Shown: positions 26,929 to 41,306, numbered from the stretch's first letter. The stretch: 64,000 nucleotides of DNA from Eledone cirrhosa (GCA_964016885.1 OZ024743.1:19220001-19284000); one strand, 5' to 3'. A program made the numbers and translations. Notes: generated by a model not told the origin, from the sequence alone.

Positions 26929-27733
26929 TCCTTCAAAATAATCCCCCTGCAGTATGTAACTGTAATCTTAGCTCTTTGCACCGATCAAACTTTTTTCTTC
27001 ATGATTTTATATACATGTCCTCTGTTTCAGCTCGTCAAGGAATGAGCACAGAGCAACGAACAAACTTGAAGTTTCTGGTACGATTGGGGAAAACTCCGTC
27101 AGAAGCACTGGGATTGCTGCAGCAAGTGTATGGAGATTGGACGATGTCACGCTAAATGTTTTTGAGTGGTGCAATATGACTCCAGGCACCGAAGGACCTC
27201 AACAACCAGGACTGAGGACAACGTTGAGAGCACCAGGCAGATGGTGCGTAGCGATCGTCGGCTGTCTGTTCGACTGATAGCAAATGAGCTGGGCATTAAT
27301 CGCGACAGCGTTTGGAAGATTCTCACCAGAGATTTGGACATGCGGAAAGTCTGCGCGAAGATAGTGCCAAAACTGCTGAACGTTGACCACAATGGTCAAC
27401 GCATGCAAGTGTGCCAGGATATCTTCGAGCGACTTGAAACCGAACCAGACTTGCTAGGGACAGTGATCACTGGTGATGAGTCATGGATCTTCGAGTACGA
27501 CCCGGAGGGGACCCGTTTTGAAGACGTGGACATCAAAAAGGCCGTGACGAAAGAACTGCGGAGGATCCCGGAAGAATCCTTCCAGGAGTGCATGCAAGCG
27601 TGGCAGAAAAGGATGGAAAAGTGCATTAGACTCCAGGGGGATTAGTTTGAAGGAAAAAGCTCTTCAGTCTGAAGGTTGGGTTTGAAATAAATCTTTTGTG
27701 ACATCAGTTCTGGAACTTTTCTGACACACCTCG
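26929..27733 (+). mobile_element. Internally deleted mariner transposon (left TIR truncated)
   Basis: [17 protein letters not shown] (HTH), KVCAKIVPKLL, VITGDESWIFEYDPE, KRMEKCIRLQGD. Right TIR ...TTTTCTGACACACCTCG followed by TA. A solo TIR lies at 28098-28149. Confidence 0.92.
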
Positions 27734-27764
<31 letters not shown>

Positions 27765-27786
27765 GGAAGTTGCATGAAACACCTCG

Positions 27787-28094
<308 letters not shown>

Positions 28095-28396
28095 GAGGAG
28101 GTGTGTCAGAAAAGTTCCAGGACTGATGTCACAAAAGATTTATTTCAAAGATGGCGTAGGACAGAACAAAGGAGAGGCACAAAAACAAAGAAAAGAATCC
28201 CCAGTCACTGAAGAGGTCACAGAATGTGTGACGAAAGAACTTTGACAATATATAAACAATAATATGGTTGTGGAACCAACCGACAAACCGGAAATTCATA
28301 AATTCATAAATTTATAAATTTAATATAATAAATTAAAGTGAAAGCACTGGTGCGTTTTGTTTCTTGTTGGCAACATGACCCTCCCAAAGTATAACA

Positions 28397-28432
<36 letters not shown>

Positions 28433-28439
28433 GTATATA

Positions 28440-28518
<79 letters not shown>

Positions 28519-28614
28519 ATAAAATAGAATTAACATTTAACTTAGAGGATATGTGTATACAGATATGTACATAAACATTTAGAAAGCAGTAGCTATGCAA
28601 AAACACTGGGGCTA

Positions 28615-30350
28615 TATACATATATATATACATATAAGTTAAAACAATGAAATAAAAAATCAAGTCATTGGAGATATACTTCACTGCTTTACGATCGTTT
28701 CTAGGTGATGATAATACATTGTATCTATACTTCGTTATTGATCTATGTAAGGTTAGTTACAAAATAGCAGATAAAGAGAATATTTACTTACATGTATATC
28801 ACCAGCTCTTTTCAAAAGCAATCTAATCCCTTTTGGAATTCTGATTTGTGTTTTCTGAACTTTATGTTTTTAATCATGTTCAGTAGGGCGCTCTCAAAAT
28901 TTTCAAGTTGAATATTATGAGGAGGATTTTTGTATGTTTTGAATCCATAGCGTTACTTCATTTCATTTGTATTGGTTTTCTGGTCAAAATGATATCAATA
29001 TATTTTTCATAATTGATTATATTATTTAGTTGAGCTCATTTTTTATCTAATTCCTGCATTACAATGGAAAAACAATATTTGCGTACCTATTCCAATTCCA
29101 CCTAAAGATGAATATCTACTCTTGCTCATACAAAAACTAACCAATTTATTAGGAGAACGAGATGGAGGGGCTATCATTTTGACCAGAAAACCAAAATAAA
29201 TGAAATGAAGTACCGCTATGGATTCAAAACATACACAAATCCTCCTCATAATATTCAACTTGAAAATGTTGAGTGCGCCCTACTGAACAAGATTAAAAAC
29301 ATAAAGTTCAGAAAACACAAATCAGAATTCCAAAAGGGATTAAATTGCTTTTGGAAACAGCTGGTGATTTGCATGTAAGTAAATATTCTCTTTATCTGAT
29401 ATTTTGTAACTAACCTTACATAGATCAATAACGAAGGATAGCTACAATGTATTATCATCACCTAGAAACGATCATAAAGCAGTGAAGTATATCTCTAACG
29501 ATTTGATTTTTTATTTCATTGTTTTAACTTATATCATGACTCTGTTTTCCTTTTAATGTTTTATTGTTTTCGGGGATTTATCTTAACCTACAACATTTTC
29601 AACTTATGGATTACATTGAGTTCTTCATGCAGAATAGACCCCACAACTTACTGTGGATATCTCTGTGCATTTTGATCCTTCAATATATTTTTCATAATTG
29701 ATTATAATATTTAGTTGAGTTCTTTTTTTATCCAATTCCTGCATCGTAATGGAAAAACAATATTTGTGTACCTCGTTGAAGAATATTCCAATTCCACCTA
29801 AAGATGAATATCTACTCTTTCTCATACAAAAGACTAACCAATTTATTAGGAGAATGACATGGAGGGCCTATCATTTTGACCAGAAAACCAATACAAATGA
29901 AATGAAGTAACGCTATGGATTCAAAACATACAAACATCCTCCTCATAATATTCAACTTGAAAATTTTGAGAGCACCTTACTGAACATGATTAAAAACATA
30001 AAGTTCAGAAAACACAAGTCAGAATTCCAAAAGGGATTAGATTGCTTTTGAAAAGAGCTGGTGATATGCATGTAAGTAAATATTCTCTTTATCTGATATT
30101 TTGTAACTAACCTTACATAGATCAATAACGAAGTATAGCTACAATGTATTATCATCACCTAGAAACGATCGTAAAGCAGTGAAGTATATCTCTAATGACT
30201 TGATTGTTTATTTCATTGTTTTAACTTATATCATGACTCTGTTTTCATTTTAATGTTTTATTGTTTTCCGGGATTTATCTTAACATTTTCAACATATGGA
30301 TTAGACTGAGTTCTTCATGCAGAATAGACCCCTCAACTTACCGTGGATAT
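28615..30350. mobile_element. PLE-derived tandem (about 697-bp period) plus inverted duplication with three HHR motifs
   Basis: ORFs at 29255 and 29952 repeat. 28635-28990 is inverted relative to 29870-30228. Homologous to pLTR 25205-25391. Confidence 0.85.
30041..30180 (+). ncRNA. Type I hammerhead, U3:A8 variant with long stem II insertion (also 28683-28822 minus, 25253-25391 minus, mutated 29344-29483 plus)
   Basis: attgctt TTGAAAA gagctggtgat...atcaccta GAAAC gatc GTA aagcagt: 7-bp stem I, palindromic ACGATCGT. The base of stem II is imperfect. Confidence 0.62.
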
Positions 30351-30356
30351 GATATC

Positions 30357-30411
<55 letters not shown>

Positions 30412-32721
30412 TATGATTGGATAAAATGTTCAGTTATTCTGAAGCAATATCTTATAGCCTACACTCTTTCTGCTGGTTTATATATTTTCAATATAGAAAT
30501 CTCATGTTTCTTTTCTTTTTATATTTTTCATTATTTCTTTCTTGGTATGTTTTTATAGTGGAGGATTGCCACGTTTTTATTTATTTAATTATTTTTCATC
30601 ATTTGAGTTTGCCAACGTTCGTTTTCAATGTTCAGCTATTCGCAATACGAATCTTGTATCATTACATATGATTTTATTTTACATAGTCTGAACGGTTTTT
30701 CCTCTAACTTTGAGTCGAATGAACGTACGCTTTTGCCAAATTACTAGAATGAGAGATACAAAAAGAAGTATAAATCTAATTGGTTTCCCGCGAGTGTATG
30801 CGATAGAAAATCTACTCGAATAATTTAGTAACTATAATATTATATATAAAATTAGATGCAATGTATCCTCTTCGTTGTTGATCACCAAACCAGAAATATC
30901 ATTTAAATCTCTCTTAAAAGACACTTTTCCATCACAGAATGGCCTTGATTGAACGCTTTTGGTCATATGTCTTTTGATTAGGACTTACCTAAGACTACCC
31001 AACAGGAAAACTTCGAGTGTGTCGTAGTCAGAATGCAAAATATGATCACTAATAGGGATTCGTCGTGGTGTTATATTCTTAATCCCTGAAACACTAGCAC
31101 TAAATTGCATCTGTCTATTGCTCTCAGCTTTTTACACCAAGAAAGGTTCAGTTAAGTGCCTTTTTTCAATGTAATTATGCCCTTAATACATTCTGACTGA
31201 TATCAGAGGTGATACTTCAACAGATTACCCACAAGGAGGATATTGCACGTCGGATTTAATTAGCTTAGTTTTCTCTGATCACATTACAACAATTTCCATT
31301 AAAATTTCGAATATGATTAATTAACGTTTTCATAATTTGATTAAAATATTCGAGTAAGCTTTATCATTATAAAAAATACCCTTACTGATCATGTATAATA
31401 TGAGATATACATACATGCATACATAAATACATGCATACATTCATATAAATATACAGAGCGAGAGATACGTAAAATCCCAACCACGACGCCAAGCGGTTTC
31501 GGTTTGTGTTTTCAGCAAGCCCTTATGCGGGTGTTGTAATATTTGCAGGGTTAGTAAAAATAGTTCAGTAGTCATGGTAGTGTTTTGATCGAAATTATCA
31601 TAGTAGTAAGCTAGGCTGTTAGAGAAAGTGTGGGAAGAGAGTGATAAGTGTATCTGGACAGACAAGGGGATCAGGAGAAGGGAGTAGTGTGGGTGGGCTA
31701 GGGGTGGTTAGTGGGTAGGACTGGAGGAGGTGTATAACGATCTTAGTAATAAGTGATAGAGAGATTGAGAGGTAAGACTATGTACAGTCAGGTCTTAGAA
31801 GCTGAAGGAGATTGTTTATGAAAGGGATTGAATAAAAAGTGGGTTATATAGAAGTAAATGAGCAAGTGCTGAATACATTATTAAGTACATTAGTGAATAG
31901 GATAAAAGAAGATAAAAGATGATCAAGTAAAGGTTAAGGGATTAAAATACATAATAAAATGGATAACATGATTGGGTAACTAGTGATAAAGTGTGTGTAT
32001 TATATACATATATGTGTGTATTATGTATATATAAGCTTATACTTGCTCTGCTTGCTTTCTGCATTAATATTAACCCCTCTTTAATATTTAACGCTGCAAC
32101 ACTAAGCACTGAGCACACCTCGCTTCGGCTATCGGCATCTAGCATACTGTATCACAGTGTTTTTCTCTCTCCTCCTTTCTTGTGATACATCCCCTTTAAG
32201 GGTGAAAGCAGCGATTCTTTGCCTAAACTTTAATCTTACCTGTGACTCAAACTAACACATGATCCTGGAGTCTAATGATTGATATCTACTAAGTGCAAGA
32301 ACTCGAACCATCCGGTATTTCAGCTCTCCGTGTGATTTGTATTTGGACAAATCCCCACCCTACACACCTGCTCAAACACATGCATTTCCCTCGGGAGACC
32401 ACCTGCAGCGACTCTGGGTCCACACCTCACTCATCCACTCCTCACCTAGCGTATCCATCTTTTACCTACAATATACTATCAACCAGCCATAACTCCCCAC
32501 TTAAGTTTCATTTTACCCACAATACCATGTATATATGTGCATATATATTTACCTCGACTCCTTGCCCGGTTCTGGTATGGAAGTATCAATGTAATACCTA
32601 CATATAAGTGGTTGCATGTGTATAATACACATAGTCAAGTGTGTGTAGACAATTTTAACACCTCCTCTCCCAATATGGACATGGAGGAGCCTGTGTGTAT
32701 ATGGGGTTGTGTGCATGTACA

Positions 32722-32794
<73 letters not shown>

Positions 32795-34229
32795 ATGTGT
32801 GTGTTTGATGAATTATATGGACAATAGATATGGCTGTGTAGTTCTTATTTAAGGTAACTTAAAATGCAGTGGGAATACAAAGAAAGCAAGAACAGGAGGT
32901 GGGGGAGTTGTCTTCATCAGTTGTCTACTGGGGTCTAGGATAATTCTACGCTTTAAAGACAAGATACCACTTCACCCCAGGGCGTCAATAAGTGGATAAG
33001 TTATTGGGAAAACGAAGGAAGGAGGGAAGGAAAGCAAAGGGGAGGAAAAGAGAAACAATAACAAAACACAAACCGAGCAATGTGCGAGCAACTATAGGTA
33101 GGAAATCCAAGACCACTCGATAAAAGAACTCATGCTCGAGACCGAGTAATCGAGAGAAACAAGTCACACGTCCGATTGCCGCAGTTGTAAGTGAGAAGAG
33201 AAATGCTAAACGGTCAGCCGTGGGGTGAAAGTGAGAGGGAGAAAGGGAGAGGAAGAAAAGGGGGTAAGAGTAGATAGGGAGAAAAGGAGGGGAAGAAAAT
33301 AAAAGTATATATATATATATAGTGGTGGACTGGCTAGGTTGCCAGGTTGCCCAATAGCAGATAGTACCTACAGTAAAATTGCAGTAATTAAGGGGCCATT
33401 ACTTTGGTTTCAAAACATACCTGAAGTCTAAGAGAAAGAGTAACTTTTATCTATTACAAAATATAGGATAGTGCAAGTAGCTGGAATCACTGGTTGTACA
33501 TTCTACTAAATCTAAGGCTTAGTGCATTCATTCATGCAAACATACATATAGAGACACACACACAAGCATATATATATATATATATATATATTAATTTTCC
33601 CACCTAGATTGATGTTGTAATTATTTCAAATAATTTATTGCTAGCATTGTTGATATTGTTGTTATTGTTCTAACTGAATGCCATTACTTCTGCATATAGT
33701 AGCCTGTATATTCTTTTCATGCCTGTATATTCTCTTCATTCTCGCAAGCTCCGACGAACTGACTGGTTATAACTTTGTATTGGCGATCGTGTAACGTGAA
33801 AATAAGCGGATAGTGATCTCTAGACCTACCAGTTCAGAGAAACAATTGTCAGCAATGAGATTAAAAACCTTTTTTGTATAGCAAACCATGTCACTCTTCT
33901 TTCCCGATTTATTATTACTCCAAGTGTTTACAACATAGGAATTACAGCATACTCGCAGAATCACTATGGAAACGCCTTGTTGAGTCAAACTTAGCCAAGC
34001 GTTGATATCATCCACTACCCGGAGTACCATAACTGGACTACACCTAAGTGGACTGCATATAACAATTATTTGTTACCCCGTATATATATATATATACATA
34101 TATACATATATATATATACATACATATATGTATACATATATACATACATACACACACATATGTACACATATACACACACATATACACACATATATACACA
34201 CATATATATATATATATATACACGTAGAC

Positions 34230-34270
<41 letters not shown>

Positions 34271-34357
34271 AAAGTTTTATTTAAAATTGTTGGGTTACAA
34301 CGAGTAAATATTTTATAACTGATATAAAAGCACTCAACAGGGTTTCGGAGTATTTTA

Positions 34358-34744
34358 CGATATTAAACAAATGGAAACTACATTTATAAAACCATATTTA
34401 TTTCATTATATATATTTCAGGGATATCATATTAAAAATATGGTATGCCCTCTTAAGACAAAATACAATATATAAACAGTTTTATAAATAAATTTGACATA
34501 CCTTAAAATTTTACAACTTCCATTTAAAAAAGTTGTTATGGTAGTGAAAATGTTAAGGACAGTTAGAAAGAAAGACGGAGAGAAAGTTGTAAAATGTTAA
34601 GGTATGTCAAATTTATTTATAAAACTGTTTATATATTGTATTTTGTCTGAAGAGGTCATACCATATTTTTAATATGATATCCCTGAAATATATATAATGA
34701 AATAAATATGGTTTTATAAATGTAGTTTCCATTTGTTTAATATC

Positions 34745-34745
<1 letters not shown>
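34358..34745. repeat. Fold-back pLTR fragment carrying hammerheads
   Basis: 34358-34518 is inverted at 34587-34745. Flanked by (TA)n. Confidence 0.88.
34639..34704 (+). ncRNA. Type I hammerhead, TATATA stem III family
   Basis: tattttgt CTGAAGA gg..catatt/aatatg..cct GAAA tatata TA atgaaata. The mirror copy (34399-34464) has CTTAAGA. Confidence 0.78.
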
Positions 34746-34805
<60 letters not shown>

Positions 34806-35369
34806 CACCTGAAAAATAGGCAATGATATACAGTCACCTGAAATATAGACTGTATAACATTGCCTATATTTCAGGTGTATATATATATATATACATACAC
34901 CTGAAATATAGGCAATGTTATAGTCACCTGAAATATAGGCATTGTTAGCTTAATAGAAACTTAAAAATAAGGAGTGGCACCCCAATTTGAACTTGTTTAT
35001 AGAATTCTTTCTGCCTTTGTCACTCTAAATATAAATTATAGCCTCAAAGAATTAGCTTTTAATGAATTACCTTTTCTTTCAACCAATGACCTCCACCCAT
35101 CCCACTCTCCCCTCTCTTTCAGCAAACTGAAAATTTAAAGAAAGTGAGACTGTCACTACTCTAAAACAATAGCGTAAGGTCTTCGAAATGCTTTTAATTA
35201 AGCATACAGTGTATTGCTAAATACACTATACATACATTCATATATATCGCTATTTCAGAGCACCAATTCTAATTTTCAATACATATATATATAGATGTTA
35301 TCTATATATACATATTAATATACACATGTACATATGTATATATGTACATGCACACATATACACGCTATC

Positions 35370-35421
<52 letters not shown>

Positions 35422-35789
35422 ATACTTGGGGAGGGTCATATTTGCGTAATATTGCCAGAATTAATAACAGAACACACTCACTGTTTGGTTGGTTTTCGCT
35501 TCTCGCTATCTGCGATCTAACTTACTCGGTCCTCAATGTTGCCATTGACTGACCGACGGTCAAAAATAATACAGATACAATATAGACACAAATACATATA
35601 TATAGTTTACATAATTTACATAAATCTTTCGTTGCACATCTGCAACATCGTCAGTGGTGTTATATTTTTTTCTTTTTTTTTTTCTTCTTTTTTTTTTCTT
35701 TTTTTTCTTTTTTCTTCTTTTTTTTTTTTTTTTCTTTTTTTTTTTTTTTTTCTCTTTTTTTTTTCTTTTTTCTCTCTTTCCCCAAAACA

Positions 35790-37174
35790 CTGATCAGGTA
35801 AGAAAAATGGTCGCACATGCAATAGGGGCTAGTATCAAAACTACCCTAAAGGGCCACATATTTAAGTTCAATGAGAAAATCTACACCCAAAATGAGGGAG
35901 CAGCCATCGGCGTCAGCATAGCTGGTGATGTTGCCAACCTTTTCATGGTATGGTGGGAAAGGAGACTTAAAGATCTCCTTAATGAAAGCTCAATAGACCT
36001 CATCATGTACTCTCGTTATGTAGACGATATCAATATAGTTATAAGAACACCCCCACTAGAGAGCACTAAAAAGTTTGATTTAGAACGTAGCACGATGGAA
36101 AGCATCCAGCAGATAGCTAATTCCATACACCAGAGTATAACTGTAACTATCGACTTCCCTTCCAAACACCCTAACAATAGACTACCTGTATTAGACACAG
36201 AACTCTGGATTAACACTATAGACGAGAGCGCCGAAATTCTCCACTCACACTATGCTAAACCCATGGCCTCCAAATACCTGATACTCAAAAACTCAGCAAT
36301 GTCCAGTAGTGCTAAGTTTAATATTCTGATCGCAGATTTGGTACGAGTGATGAAGAATGTGTCCTGCATGTGCGACCCAACAGAAATGGAAAGACACATC
36401 CAACACTTCATCAACCGCATGCAGTTCTCTGGATACAACCAAAGAGACAGAGTCAGAGTATACGAAGGAGCCATGGAAAAGTATAAGACCCTCATACAAC
36501 TGGACATGAAATGAATTTGCCCACTATACAGGAGCAAATCATGGAATAGCTTAGATAGGGCTAGAAATAAGATAGGGAAGGCCACATCATGGTACGACAA
36601 CCAGAGATATCAGAGTGTCATGTTTGTGGACGCCACCCCTGGAGGGAAATTAGCTAACCAGGGTAGAAAGGCCCTGAGAAAGACCCACTTAAAAATAAAG
36701 GTGGTAGAAAAGCCAGGAACCACCATAAAATCCCTGATCAGCAAAACCTACCCTTTTAAGAAAACCCACTGTACCAATAGGAAATGTATCATATGTAAGG
36801 TGAACCCCCGGATAAACTGTAAAACTAGAAACGTAGTCTATAGCATAAGAAATACAGAGGGTACTTGCAGAAACATGACAACAACATACATAGGTGAGAC
36901 AGCTCGTAGCATAGGTGAAAGGATAGACCAACACTGGGGGGAACTAAAAGGACGAAAAAACGGGTCAGTACTATACGAACATGCTAGACAACAACATGAC
37001 GGTAACATAGACAACATAGAAATTAGAATAATATCTAAACATAGGAATGACCCAGCAGATAGGCAAATCAGAGAGGCCATTGAAATAGAAATTAGAAGAC
37101 CAAAGCTAAACAGAAAGAATGAGTGGAACAACAACAACACCCAAACAAACAACACTGACCTAAGAGAAGTATAA
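35790..37174 (+). pseudogene. PLE RT C-terminal half + GIY-YIG endonuclease, one in-frame TGA at 36512
   Basis: YTQNEGAAIG, YSRYVDDI, LPVLDTEL, FVDATPGG, CKTRNVVY...YIGETARS...RQIREAIEI...LNRKNEW. Both ORF pieces are in the same frame. Confidence 0.92.
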
Positions 37175-37466
37175 ATAAGTAAATAAATAAAATAAAATAA
37201 AATAAGATAAATAAATACATACACAAGCACAATAACAACAAGCACATAAACACACACTAGTCACCCAGCAGACACAACACTATACACACTAGTCACACAG
37301 CACACATAACACTATACACACACGCAAACGCATGCGCAAAGAACACAAAATAAAATAAACAAACAAGCAAATAAATAAATATATAGACAGACTGAATAAA
37401 AAATGGCGTAGACATACAACACAACAGGAGGAGGAAAAAAAAATAAAGAGAAAAAAAAATATAACA

Positions 37467-37506
37467 CCACTGACGATGTTGCAGATGTGCAACGAAAGAT
37501 TTATGT
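37467..37506 (+). ncRNA. Hammerhead-like motif in PLE-2 pLTR (mirror at 35617-35656)
   Basis: CTGACGA t gttgca-gatg-tgcaac GAAA gatt TA. Strong stem II; weak stems I and III. Confidence 0.55.
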
Positions 37507-37773
37507 AAATTATGTAAACTATATATATGTGTTTGTGTCTATATTGTATCTGTATTATTTTTGACCGTCGGTCAGTCAATGGCAACATTGAGGACCGAGT
37601 AAGTTAGATCGCAGATATAAAAGACAGCGAGAAGCGAAAACCAACCAAACAGTGAGTGTGTTCTGTTATTAATTCTGGCAATATTACGCAAATATAACCC
37701 TACCCAAGTATAACAATATCTGTTTCGACACACGATTTCATATAAAAAACCTCGCTAAACTAATTCATCGCTG

Positions 37774-37833
<60 letters not shown>

Positions 37834-38552
37834 CTGACATCTGACATGCAAAATTATATATATATGAATAGGGTAAACCCAAATCATATTAGATTCAAAT
37901 ATCAGAGAGAAGGAGAGAGGGGGGGAGAAATGAGATGTAACAGAAATGAAACATTGATTACAGGTTAAAATATAATCAAGGTTAATGAGAAACAAAATGA
38001 GAATGTAGTTTATAGAACACCCAAAGGATTTAGAAGTCGACCTTAAGTAGGAGCAATAACATTAAGAAAGGCATGAAAAACACATCATTTTGTATTGAAA
38101 ATTTTGAAAGTAGGTTTATAAGCAAGAATTTTGACCAGATATTCGTGATTTTCTCAGTGGCTAAGCTGTAGTTAGTAGAGACGAGGTAGATTTTGGTTAT
38201 GGGTTCAATCCTGGTTGAGACGTACATTAAATCCTTTTCAGTTTTCATTTTATATCCCATAGCAAAAAAAACTGAAAAAGCTTTACCGGAACCCTACTCC
38301 CGACCAGGATCGAACTTCAGTCTAGGATAACCTCCGTATATGATTCCGCCAGCTAGGCCTCCGCCGAGACAGGTACATAAGTATAATGAAAATTAATAAC
38401 GATAAACCTACTTTCAAAATCAAAGTTAAAAACATGTGGTGTCGTCTATGTCTCTCCTAGAGCTATTAGTCAATATTTTGGGTCTTTGGTAACAATCTTA
38501 TTGTTTCTATATGTGGTTAACTGTTGAAATAATTTAATTGATTATTTTATCC

Positions 38553-38599
<47 letters not shown>

Positions 38600-38600
<1 letters not shown>

Positions 38601-39451
38601 GAGGTGTGTCAGAAAGGTTCCAGGACTGATGTCACAAAAGATTCATTTCAAACCCAAACTTCACACTAAGAGTTTAGTTCCTTCAAAGTAATCCCCCTGG
38701 AGTATGTAACAGTAATCTTAGCTCTCTGCACCGATCAAAATTTTTCTTCATAATTTTATATACATGTCCTCTGTTTCAGGTCGTCAAGCAATGAGCACAG
38801 AGCAACGAACAAACTTGAAAAATCCGTGAGAGACACTGGGATTGTTAGAGATAAGACGATGTCACGCTCACGTGTTTTTGAGTGGTGCATGATGACCCCA
38901 GAAGCCGAAGGCCCTCAACAACCAGGACTGAGGTCAACGCTGAGCGCGTCAGGAAGATGTTTCGTAGCGATCGTCGGCTGACTGATCGTCTGGTGGCAAA
39001 TGAGCTGGGCATGAATCGGGACAACGTCTTGAATATTTTCACTGAAGACATGGACATGCGGAAAGTCTGCGCTATGATGGTGCCAAAAATGCTGAACGAT
39101 GGCCAGAATGGTCGACGTATGCAAATGTGCCAGGACATCCTTGAGAGTCTTGAAACCGAACCAGATTTGCTAGGGACGGTCATCACCGGTGATGAGTCAT
39201 GGATCTTCGAGTACGACCCGGAGGGGATCCGTTTTGAAGACGTGGACGACATCAAAATGGCCGTGACGAAGGAACTGCGGAGGATCCCAGAAGAATCCTT
39301 CCATGAGTGCATGCAAGCGTGTCAGAAAAGGATGGAAAAGTGCATTAGACTCCAGGGGGATTACTTTGAAGGAGAAAATTCTTAGTGTGAATTTTGGGTT
39401 TGAAATAAATCTTTTGTGACATCAGTCCTGGAACTTTTCTGACACACCTCG
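38600..39451 (+). mobile_element. Internally deleted mariner (852 bp) with both TIRs and TA TSD
   Basis: TA-CGAGGTGTGTCAGAAA...TTTCTGACACACCTCG-TA. ORF 38882-39385 contains ITGDESW and QGDYFEG. Confidence 0.95.
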
Positions 39452-39980
39452 TATACTTACACTTACAGTTTCAAATAATATTTGGTTGACATCTAAGTGA
39501 AGGGCAAATATATATGTCACAAATATATTAACTGAATTTAGAAGACAGCTCACATTGCACAGTATTAGAGACAATAAACCGAAATCTGAATGGAAGTGTA
39601 ATTTATATTGAGATAGGTATGTCTGCTTCCGAAACAAATATGTTTATATACTCAAAAAATGATTATGACTATCTTTCTAATAACCCAGGTAAATGCCAAT
39701 TTTGATAAATTCTTTATCATTTCACTTGCCATGATAATCAATCCATACTTTATATTGGCACAACTTTGCAAAACATCTATTATATTGTGTTCAATAATGC
39801 CAAACTGATGGCGAATTATTGATTCACTACATAGATATACGGCTATATGACATGCGGAATAATTTTATATTCAAAAACAAAAACAAATGGTTTACAATCT
39901 TCATTAACCCAACTTGCGTAACTACAGCGGTTAATATTACAGCGAAACGAACTACTGCACATTATCATATACTGATAATG

Positions 39981-40159
39981 TATTGGCAGTATCGGTAGAG
40001 GGCCGGGCGCCATGCTTTGACGCATAGAGTTACGGTCCTTGCCATTCTGAGTTCAAATCCAGCCGAGATTAACTTTGCCTTCCATCCTTACGGTGTCGAT
40101 AAAATAAAGTACCAGTAATGCACTTGGTAATTGGTGGCCTTGTGCCAACAGTAGAAACA
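39981..40159 (+). mobile_element. Octopod-type SINE with 17-bp TSD
   Basis: TSD ATTATCATATACTGATA at 39961-39977 and 40160-40176. Confidence 0.92.
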
Positions 40160-41001
40160 ATTATCATATACTGATATTTTCCTGATATATATATACTCAT
40201 ATGTAGATTTCTATCTGCATTGCAATTTACAAGCTTGTGCATCTGCTGTGGTGTCAAAAACAAACGCACATGACCGCACAAATAAACAATGGACCATGCC
40301 ACGTGGCTTGAACCCGTAAGTGAATTGAAGGTTCTGCAACTCTGATACACAGATTATTTATTATTAAGATGTATAAACTTGACATAACTATTATCATCTT
40401 ATATTCTCTCAACTAATCACACTTGATCATATTTCTCTATCCCGTTTTCTCCCCCTATAATTATTATATTTTTATTATTATTTGAAAAAATCGTTTTTTT
40501 ACATTGTTTTCCCCTCCAAATATTCGCTTATATTTCTTTATATATTCTCTATATATATATTTTTTTTTTATCTTTATTATTTCCACTTTTATCCTCCTTT
40601 ATATTTTACCTTATTCTTACTTTTATACCTTATTATAGTGTAATCTTCCCCATGCCTTATTATACACTATTAATTATAGATTATTATTATTACTCTTTTT
40701 CATTTCTAATTACCTCATGTACTTTCTCCTCCGCTATATATATATACTGTACGCCCTTTGTGTTTGTGTAGCCTCTGCGCACCCTCTGCACCATACTATC
40801 GACGCCACCCCATCTATGGTTCAGCTAACCACCCGACTCCCGAGAATGAATATGACCGCAGCTAGTAAACAAGGACCCACACCCCACCCTTCCGCACCAA
40901 AATTAGACTTATCGTCCCCTACTTTTGCTCTTTACTCTCTTTACTCTTTGTTCTTGAATGTTTGGTTGGTAGAGTCCATAACACCAATCAAACCCCTTTT
41001 A

Positions 41002-41050
41002 TAGCTCTGACGAATCCTACGGTTACGTAAGGAAGAAACATTGTAAGCCA
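41002..41050 (+). ncRNA. Minimal type I hammerhead ribozyme
   Basis: gct CTGACGA atcctacg-gtta-cgtaaggaa GAAAC att GTA agc, followed by AATAAA. Lies at the end of a pyrimidine-rich pLTR-like tract. Confidence 0.75.
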
Positions 41051-41233
41051 ATAAAAATATGTTGATGTTGTAGACGCTCTTGTGTTCTTTTTCATATATG
41101 TAGCATATGAGTATTTATATGTAACATATACGTATATAAGGAACGGGTGAAGGCTTCAAGAACATCACATTTGTCCGTCTCCTTGTCGTTTCAATTTAGA
41201 TTGCCTAGGGAACGTGACCTTATGATTTAAAAA

Positions 41234-41306
41234 GCTGTCTGATGAGAGTATGGCACTGAGTACGCGGAATCACGTGGCCACTGTCGTCATCGAAATATGT
41301 ATCAGT
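41234..41306 (+). ncRNA. Type I hammerhead-like motif
   Basis: gctgt CTGATGA ga..tggc...gcca..tc GAAA tatg TA tcagt, followed by AATAAA. Confidence 0.6.

Larger units (their letters stand above)
35417..37778 (+). mobile_element. 5'-truncated Penelope-like element (PLE-2) with inverted pLTR at its 5' end
   Basis: 35417-35672 is the reverse complement of about 37450-37718. RT/EN ORF lies between. (TA)n on both sides. Confidence 0.92.

Noticed and set aside
35560-35822. Poly-Lys and poly-Phe ORFs
   Set aside because: Translation of a T-rich low-complexity tract.
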